From contig PGYS01000002.1 in assembly GCA_002839795.1 (NCBI GenBank), positions 11,274-75,273 on the forward strand: a DNA stretch of 64,000 bases, written 5' to 3'. Of the stretch, positions 20,486 to 26,614 are shown piece by piece (positions within the stretch are counted from its first letter, which is position 1; every line of letters starts with the position of its first letter). The notes beneath the pieces were generated by a model. It had not been told where the DNA came from. It saw nothing but the letters and a program-made list of their open reading frames with translations, and searched no databases. A program made the translations under genes and the position numbers. This stretch comes from Ignavibacteriae bacterium HGW-Ignavibacteriae-3 (lineage in GTDB: Bacteria; Bacteroidota; Ignavibacteria; Ignavibacteriales; Melioribacteraceae).

Positions 20486-21004
20486 TTATTTGCCATAAAT
20501 GAGGGTTTTAATCTCTGCTTCGAGCTTGAATTCATCCCCCGGAAGATAGCCGATGTGCCGGGAAACGATGATCCCGTTTTTATCAATCAGAAGCGAGAAG
20601 GGAAGACTTTGGACATTAAACAAGTCTGAATATTCATTATTTGGGTCGAGGCCAATCGGATATTTAATTCCCAACGATTTGATAAATGATTTAACTTTAC
20701 CGCTGCTTCTGGGAGAATCCTGATTAATGCCCAATATACTAAAGCCGTCCGGTGAATATTTCTCATACAGCTCTTTCAGCGCTTTCATTTCCGTACGGCA
20801 CGGCTTGCACCACAATGCCCAAAAGTTTACAAGAACCGGTCCGTTAGAATAAATACTGCTCAGTTTAATTTTTTCGTCATTAATCAAGCGAACGGTAAAG
20901 TCAGTTTTACTCTGAGCAGTAATTTGCATTGTAAATATTATAACGAACAACAAAATTCCCGGACACGTTCGAAATGCTTTTTTTCCGTTTACATCATTCA
21001 ACAC
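20486..21004 (-). CDS. TlpA/ResA-family thiol:disulfide oxidoreductase (periplasmic redoxin)
   Basis: Signal/anchor segment, thioredoxin motif FWALWCKPC, and YPIGLD plus cis-Pro context LPFSLLIDKNG. GTG start overlaps the DoxX stop by 1 nt. Confidence 0.85.
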   Translation of the reverse strand: MLNDVNGKKAFRTCPGILLFVIIFTMQITAQSKTDFTVRLINDEKIKLSSIYSNGPVLVNFWALWCKPCRTEMKALKELYEKYSPDGFSILGINQDSPRSSGKVKSFIKSLGIKYPIGLDPNNEYSDLFNVQSLPFSLLIDKNGIIVSRHIGYLPGDEFKLEAEIKTLIYGK

Positions 21005-21456
21005 TAATTCCTTGACAGATATTTCTGAATAAAATTATCGGCGCTAATTTTTCCCGCTCCGTTAATGACTAAAGTCAATAACATAATAAAATAGTATAAG
21101 GGAATTTCAAATCCATTTTCCGCCGCCTCGAAACCGTTATGAAGATGAACCGTCACGATAGCAACGACCATAGTTATGATCAGAGGAATCGAAATTATGC
21201 GGGTTGCAAATCCAAGCGTCAGAAGAACGACTCCGGCGGCTTCTGCCGAGGCGGCAAGATAAGTATTAAGTAACGGCGCGGGTATTCCCAGCGAGCCGAA
21301 CCATTCGGACACGCCTTCGATATTAGACCACTTAACGGCGGCTGTTGTGTAAAAGCCGTATGCCAGAACAAGACGCATCATTAATAAGGGAATATCCTTA
21401 AGCCCTGTTAAAAGCTCCACAACGAAATTATATTTTTGTACAAGTTTCGCGATCAT
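21004..21456 (-). CDS. DoxX family membrane protein
   Basis: Four hydrophobic helices and LRLVLAYGFY...AGKISAD, typical of DoxX. ATGA overlap with the DUF2063 stop. Confidence 0.8.
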   Translation of the reverse strand: MIAKLVQKYNFVVELLTGLKDIPLLMMRLVLAYGFYTTAAVKWSNIEGVSEWFGSLGIPAPLLNTYLAASAEAAGVVLLTLGFATRIISIPLIITMVVAIVTVHLHNGFEAAENGFEIPLYYFIMLLTLVINGAGKISADNFIQKYLSRN

Positions 21457-22211
21457 ATATAAAATCCCGGAATAAATTTATTAGCCTTCAATTCTTCAAG
21501 GAACGGAAGCGTGTTTTCGAAAAGCGCTTTTTCATTCACGCCGAATACTTGCGCCGCCTCTTTAAGTATTTTAATCAGCGGTGTATTTTCAATTTCAACT
21601 TTTTCTATAAGCCATGAGAAATAAACCGATAAATTCATAAACCTAACTTTTCCGCTTTCTTTTTCTCTAAATAATAATACGTAGTACTCTCCGCGATCAT
21701 TTTCCGTAATTCCTTTTGGATTTTTTAAATGAACGGGGTAATTCAACTGCAAGATTTTGTATTCAGGGTTAACCGCAATGACCTCGCTCAGCCATCCTCC
21801 ATCGGTTTTTGATTCAGGATATGCAATATCCGGCATCATATATATTTCCACCTCTGTCCATTCGAAATTCAGAAGATCCTCTAAAAAAATATATTTTTCT
21901 TTTATTTCAAGGCCGGTCTCTTCCACAAAGCGGTAAAATTCGCTTGGCATTTTCCAAATTGAGGTTGATTGACACTTATAATTCGATAAGAAAGCATCAA
22001 CCACGCCGTACCACTCTTCCTGCGAAAGCAAATCACATGTTAATGGAAACGCCGACTGAAGAGTGTCGTCTATAACGCCATGAATCAGTCTGCGGTAATG
22101 ATGGACACGGTTCTCTGTCAACCCGTCTATCTTCGGCGGATCTCCCGTTCTGCAATAATCTGCGAGCCTGCTCTGTTGTGTGTGTGTGTAGTTATGCAAG
22201 TGAGTGTTCAT
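21453..22211 (-). CDS. DUF2063-family RiPP maturase partner (HvfC/BufC/MbnC-role protein)
   Basis: YRRLIHGVIDDTLQSAFPLT...F...SIWKMPSEFYRFVEE matches my recollection of the DUF2063 N-terminal domain. It always pairs with DUF692. Start moved to the ATG at 22211 (20-nt overlap with the MNIO gene). Confidence 0.75.
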   Translation of the reverse strand: MNTHLHNYTHTQQSRLADYCRTGDPPKIDGLTENRVHHYRRLIHGVIDDTLQSAFPLTCDLLSQEEWYGVVDAFLSNYKCQSTSIWKMPSEFYRFVEETGLEIKEKYIFLEDLLNFEWTEVEIYMMPDIAYPESKTDGGWLSEVIAVNPEYKILQLNYPVHLKNPKGITENDRGEYYVLLFREKESGKVRFMNLSVYFSWLIEKVEIENTPLIKILKEAAQVFGVNEKALFENTLPFLEELKANKFIPGFYI

Positions 22212-23034
22212 AGTCCCACGCCTTTGTACAGATATTTTCAAGTCTGTTTAATTCATATTGAAGTTCATTTAATTCGGGAATGTTGAAATCCCTTTCAAGA
22301 AGAACAGGAACTGTTTTGGGAAGTTTATGAGCGGTAAATTCAAATAGTTCATAAACCGGATCGATAATTGGTTCACCGTGAGTATCTATTATTAAATCCG
22401 GAGCAACCTGCTCGTGACCCGCCATATGAATATATTCAACTTTGTCCAAAGGCAGTTTTTCAATGAATTCTTTTGAATCATAATTATGATTGAAAGCATT
22501 AACATAGATATTGTTTACATCGAGCAACAAATTGCAATCGGCCTCTTTAACTATAGAACTTATAAATTCAACTTCGCTCATTTCCGCCGCAACCGGCGTA
22601 TAATAAGAAACAATTTCGATGGCAATCTTTCTTTCCAGAAAATCCTGAACTGATTTAATACGTTGAGATATATGCTTCACCGCATCCCACCGGAACGGGA
22701 TTGGAAGAAGATCATACAGATGAGCATTATCACATTTAGAATAGCTCAGGTGTTCGGAATAAATCTGAACATTATGTTCGTTGAGGAAATATTTAACCTT
22801 CTTCAGAAAATCCCAGTCAAGTTCATCCGGAGTTCCGATTGAAAGAGAGAGTCCGTGTGTATAAATGGGATACTGCGCGGCAATTTTATTAAAAACTTTT
22901 TTCCAGTAACCGCCGATCTCCATCCAATTCTCCGGCGCGACCTCAAGAAAGGCCGGGGTTAAATCTTTTCCTTCCAGAAATTCTTCAGCAAAATCTTTTC
23001 TGAATCCGATCCCGACATGTTTATTTCTTTCCAT
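22192..23034 (-). CDS. DUF692 / MNIO (multinuclear non-haem iron oxidase; MbnB/HvfB/BufB family)
   Basis: Collinear DUF692 motifs: VGIGFRKDF, LEVAPENW, YPIYTHGLSLSIG, SEHLSY, LYDLLPIPF, LLLDVNNIYVNAFNHNYD, YIHMAGH, IIDTHGEPI and LLERDFNIP. Confidence 0.9.
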   Translation of the reverse strand: MERNKHVGIGFRKDFAEEFLEGKDLTPAFLEVAPENWMEIGGYWKKVFNKIAAQYPIYTHGLSLSIGTPDELDWDFLKKVKYFLNEHNVQIYSEHLSYSKCDNAHLYDLLPIPFRWDAVKHISQRIKSVQDFLERKIAIEIVSYYTPVAAEMSEVEFISSIVKEADCNLLLDVNNIYVNAFNHNYDSKEFIEKLPLDKVEYIHMAGHEQVAPDLIIDTHGEPIIDPVYELFEFTAHKLPKTVPVLLERDFNIPELNELQYELNRLENICTKAWDYEHSLA

Positions 23035-23100
23035 TTCAATTCCTCTTAAGCAAAATCCCGCCTTAGGATTAATCCGCCGGCGGGATTAATTTTGATATTA

Positions 23101-23565
23101 TTATTTCTTCTCTGCCGGTTTGGATTCTTTTTTCTCTTTCATTTCCTTCATCTCTTTCTTATCCATAGATTTGGCGTCTTTCTTTTTTTCGCCGCATTTT
23201 CCTTCTCCGCACTTACCGTCTTTTGCTTTGGAATCCATCGGCTTGGTAGCTTTTGCGTCGTTCATTTTTTTATCGCCGCATTTACCTTCCCCGCACTTTC
23301 CATCTTTAGCTTTTGAATCTTTCGCCTTGGGGTCATCGGCTTTCGGGGATTTGCTATCGCTCTTATTTCCGCATTTCATTTCAAGCGTTCGCTCCGGGGA
23401 TGTATTAAGTAAGGATGCCCTCAGCTCTGCGCCCGAGCCCAAATTGTTAAAATCAAAAAGATTTGCAGCATTTAAAGTGCTTGGGGCGCCGGCGCCGAAA
23501 ATCGCTCCGGCGATAATTGAGCCTGTTACAAGTATGCGTTTTGTGTTTTTATAGTGGTTTTGCAT
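23101..23565 (-). CDS. Secreted Lys-rich precursor peptide with five KCG motifs (HvfA-like RiPP metallophore precursor candidate)
   Basis: Sec-type signal peptide (...GAGAPSTLNA/ANLF). Every Cys sits in K-C-G: MKCGN plus two copies of SKAKDGKCGEGKCG[D/E]KK. It lies immediately upstream of the DUF692/DUF2063 pair on the same strand. Confidence 0.75.
   Translation of the reverse strand: MQNHYKNTKRILVTGSIIAGAIFGAGAPSTLNAANLFDFNNLGSGAELRASLLNTSPERTLEMKCGNKSDSKSPKADDPKAKDSKAKDGKCGEGKCGDKKMNDAKATKPMDSKAKDGKCGEGKCGEKKKDAKSMDKKEMKEMKEKKESKPAEKK
23189..23319 (-). repeat. Imperfect 47-bp direct repeat (period 84 bp) encoding the duplicated DGKCGEGKCG module
   Basis: 23189-23235 tcgccgcattttccttctccgcacttaccgtcttttgctttggaatc versus 23273-23319 tcgccgcatttaccttccccgcactttccatctttagcttttgaatc. 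Confidence 0.8.
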
Positions 23566-23653
23566 GGTAGAACCTCTTATTAAGTGAAGTATTGATAATT
23601 GATTGACACTTATAAAGACGTGGTGTCCGCGATAACCTTACAAGAGGCTGAAA

Positions 23654-23911
23654 TTAATTTTTATCGGCGATGGAATTGATAAGAATGTGCATTTTTTCCA
23701 TTTCGGAATCGGAAAAAGAGTCCCGGGAGTGTAAATTTATTATTTGAAGAGACAGAAATTTCTGCTGTTTGTTAAAAAGCCTGCAGAATTTACAAATTAG
23801 CAGATGAATGAAAAGTTTGATTTTCTCTCCTAAAGGAAGGTTCTTTTCCTCTTTTCGAACAGAAATGAAAGATGCCTCTTCACAGGTGATTAAAATTTTA
23901 GATGATTTCAT
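23654..23911 (-). CDS. Small zinc-finger (HxxxCxxC) anti-sigma factor
   Basis: 85-aa product MKSSKILITCEE...IHLLICKFCRLF carries an H-x3-C-x2-C motif. Its ATG (23911-23909) overlaps the sigma TGA (23910-23908) as ATGA. The track ORF start at 23977 lies inside the sigma gene and is unlikely. Confidence 0.6.
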   Translation of the reverse strand: MKSSKILITCEEASFISVRKEEKNLPLGEKIKLFIHLLICKFCRLFNKQQKFLSLQIINLHSRDSFSDSEMEKMHILINSIADKN

Positions 23912-24477
23912 TTTATAAACCATTTTTCTTCTATACAGCTCCTCAACTGCAGTTTGGAGCGATGAATTATTACCCAATAGTTAGACGAAGTTATCTTTAA
24001 TTCCTTACAGATCTCATGCGAATCTTTTTCATCAAGATATTTCATTGAAAATACGATTCTCATAATCTCGGACAGGCGTTCCATACATTTATTAAGAATC
24101 TCCATAAATTCTTCTGACTCAAGTGTTGAATTATAGTCCACGCCCCAATCCTTTGGGCCCCTGCTTTTAATCCAGTGACTCTCTTCATCAAAAAATCCGC
24201 CTTCATCATTCAAGGTATCAATCTGATCCAATATTGAAGCGGTTTTTTTTCTGTAATGGTCGATTATTTTGTTTTTGAGAATCATATACAGCCAGTTCTT
24301 TTCAGAAATTTCCCCCTTGAACGTTTCAAGATTTTTGAGCGCGGCCAGAAAAGTCTCCTGAACCAGATCTTTTGCGGAATCTTTATCATTAACTCTGATT
24401 ACGGCAAAGCGGAAAAGCGGATCCGCATAAGTTTTAACCCAAAGCTTGGGGTTGAGAATTTTTTTTTCAGTACTCAA
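23908..24477 (-). CDS. ECF-type RNA polymerase sigma-70 family factor
   Basis: Region 2 DLVQETFLAALKNLETFKG...NWLYMILKNKIIDHYRKK and region 4 HEICKELKITSSNYWVIIHRSKLQLRSCIEE. Confidence 0.9.
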   Translation of the reverse strand: MSTEKKILNPKLWVKTYADPLFRFAVIRVNDKDSAKDLVQETFLAALKNLETFKGEISEKNWLYMILKNKIIDHYRKKTASILDQIDTLNDEGGFFDEESHWIKSRGPKDWGVDYNSTLESEEFMEILNKCMERLSEIMRIVFSMKYLDEKDSHEICKELKITSSNYWVIIHRSKLQLRSCIEEKWFIK

Positions 24478-24482
24478 TGCTG

Positions 24483-25244
24483 TTATTTATCCTTAAATGC
24501 CTTAATATACCTTTTCGTGAACTCGCTCAAGACAAGATTACCGCTTATTTCAGCACGCTCTTCAAGAAGTTTATCCCAATTTTCAGTTCCGGCCCAGAAT
24601 ATTTTTTTCATTTGGGCGATCGCTTCCGGATTGCAGGCCGTCAGCTTCTTCACAAGAGCTGAAACCGCTTCATCAAGATCGTGATTATTGGCAAAAACTT
24701 TTGTGAATAAACCATTTTGTTTAGCCCAGAAAGCGTCATGCCATTCCGCATCTATCGACATTGTGATAAAAGCAGTATTCCCGATCTTTCTTTCAACTGC
24801 GGGTCCGACAACAAATGGACCGATTCCCAACATTAGTTCGCTAAGTCTTACAGAGGCGACGCTAGAGGCAAGCGTATAATCAGCGGCGGCGATAATTCCC
24901 ACTCCTCCTCCGACTGCCTTTCCCTGAACTCGCGCGACAATAAATTTAGGACATTTGCGCATTGCATTTATCAACCGGGCAAAACCCATAAAAAATTCTT
25001 TTCCGGTTTTAAAATCCTTTATGCGAAGCAGTTCATCAAATGACGCGCCCGCGCAGAATGTTTTTTCACCTTCGCTTCTTATTACAATTACATGCGCGCG
25101 CTTATCGGTCGCAAAATCATTTATTGCTTCCGTGATTTTTTTGATTGTTGGAGATGGCAGCGAGTTGCTTTTGGGGTGAGAAAATGAAATCGTAGCAATT
25201 CCATTTATCATGCTTGTAGTAACGGTTCCGCTTTTTTCCATATG
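24483..25244 (-). CDS. Enoyl-CoA hydratase/isomerase (crotonase) family protein
   Basis: Crotonase motifs FCAGASFDEL and RVQGKAVGGGVGIIAAADY. Start moved to the ATG at 25244, preceded by AAGGAG with 6-nt spacing. The stop lies 5 nt upstream of the ECF sigma start. Confidence 0.85.
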   Translation of the reverse strand, partial: HMEKSGTVTTSMINGIATISFSHPKSNSLPSPTIKKITEAINDFATDKRAHVIVIRSEGEKTFCAGASFDELLRIKDFKTGKEFFMGFARLINAMRKCPKFIVARVQGKAVGGGVGIIAAADYTLASSVASVRLSELMLGIGPFVVGPAVERKIGNTAFITMSIDAEWHDAFWAKQNGLFTKVFANNHDLDEAVSALVKKLTACNPEAIAQMKKIFWAGTENWDKLLEERAEISGNLVLSEFTKRYIKAFKDK

Positions 25245-25596
25245 AATCTCCTTTTTGTTCATCATTTTCTCAGAGACGCCAAGCATCGACGACAAATAAT
25301 AAAACACACTTAAAAAACAAATTCTCTAAAAAAATTACTAAACAGATTTGGAAAACCAAAGAGAAAAAGAACTATTTATCATTCCGCTAAGTGGATTTCT
25401 GAGCGATCTATGCCATAAAAAAGGAGGGGGATTATTTTAAGCTATAACGCAAGGCGTTATCGGGCCCGCGATCACAATTTTCGTTTATTCCGTAAATTCC
25501 ACTCCGATGACATTGCCTGAAAAAATTATAATTAACATGTTCATTGAGATCCGCGGAGAGTCCGCAGGTGATTAATATTATTTTCCGGGTGAAACA

Positions 25597-26585
25597 TTAT
25601 ACTTTAAATACTTCAAGCAGTCGGTTCTTGAATTGTTCTTCATAAATTTTTCCATAATTGACAGTCTCTATGGCTCGGGGAAGAATTTTAACAAACTTTG
25701 TTTTTTCATTCTCCCAATTTTCCAATATGGATTCCGCAATTGTTGATCCGGTATGGAACTGGTGATTAACCGGATATTTGAAAATCAGATCTTCGTCGGA
25801 CAGTTTTAGCTCGTCTATCTTTACATATTCCGAATTCAAATTTTTCTCAACTTGGGAGCGGTTATAATTGCCGGCAGAACCTCTTCGCTGATTCCCTCAG
25901 CAAAATGCTGCTCGAATTTTACCGAGTGTGGATTTATTTTTTGCTTCGGTCTAAAAATAAATTTCGGTTTTCATTTTTGGCAGTAAAAATAGACAGATCA
26001 ATATTTTTTTCTAAGCTCCGGATCCCGGGTCGCGATTCCAACCGGACATGTATTTAAGTGGCACTGCCTTGCCATGACGCAGCCTACAGATACAAGCGCC
26101 GATGTACCGAAATCGAATTCTTCGGCACCAAGCATAGCCGCAACAACAACATCTCTTCCGCTTTTCAGTCCGCCGTCCACGCGCAAAGTAACCATATTCC
26201 TTAAACTGTTTTCGGTTAAGGTCCTGTGAACTTCAAAGAGACCGAGCTCCCACGGAAGACCGGTGTGCTTCAGAGAACCGAGCGGACTTGCTCCCGTTCC
26301 GCCGTCGTTTCCGCTTATTAATATAATTTCCGCGCCTGCTTTTACGACTCCAGAAGCAATAATTCCTATTCCAGGCTGGGAAACAAGCTTAACACAGATA
26401 TTCGCTCTCGGGTTTACCTGTTTAAGATCATAGATCAGCTGGGCAAGATCTTCTGTACTATATATACCATGGTGAGAGGGAGGCGAAATCAACGGAACGC
26501 CGGGTGTAGTATGCCCGCTGTTTGCGATTGACAATGTAACTTTTTCCCTCGGAAGCTGGCCGCCTTCACCCCGTCTGGCCCCCAC
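25597..26585 (-). pseudogene. gltB: Decayed glutamate synthase large-subunit (gltB-like) relic: FMN-domain fragment plus extreme C-terminal fragment
   Basis: 25998-26585 encodes only GEGGQLP...[24 protein letters not shown]...[10 protein letters not shown]...GLPWELGL...[21 protein letters not shown] then a stop. 25597-25839 encodes the C-terminal tail (HTGSTIAESILENWENEKTKFVKILP). The amidotransferase domain, central domain, first half of the FMN barrel and most of the GXGXG domain are absent. Confidence 0.6.
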
Positions 26586-26614
26586 ACCCGGTCCGAAATT
26601 AGATTTTGTAAGAA

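Noticed and set aside
22177-22188. (TG)6 dinucleotide run near the DUF692/DUF2063 junction as a possible phase-variation tract
   Set aside because: It is only six units and simply encodes the THTQ stretch at the DUF2063 N-terminus. That is too short to argue for slipped-strand switching without population data.
23120-23554. 144-aa plus-strand ORF (MDSFFSFISFISFLSIDL...) covering the precursor gene
   Set aside because: It is the antisense shadow of the Lys/Glu/Asp-rich minus-strand gene, since AAR/GAR codons read as Phe/Leu/Ser-rich on the other strand. It has no signal or motif logic. The minus-strand frame carries a signal peptide and KCG motifs next to its maturase genes.
23566-23653. ECF-type promoter between the anti-sigma gene and the precursor gene
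   Set aside because: The minus strand has a CGTC element (complement of 23617-23620). However, there is no GGAAC/GAAC-like -35 at 16-17 nt spacing (TAAGGTT instead), so I cannot support a promoter call from sequence alone.
25998-26585. Treating the 195-aa GltB-like ORF as an intact small FMN enzyme
   Set aside because: It begins in the middle of the FMN barrel (at the GEGGQLP motif, via a GTG) and stops right after [11 protein letters not shown], where full-length enzymes continue. Half a TIM barrel is unlikely to be functional, so I called it a relic.
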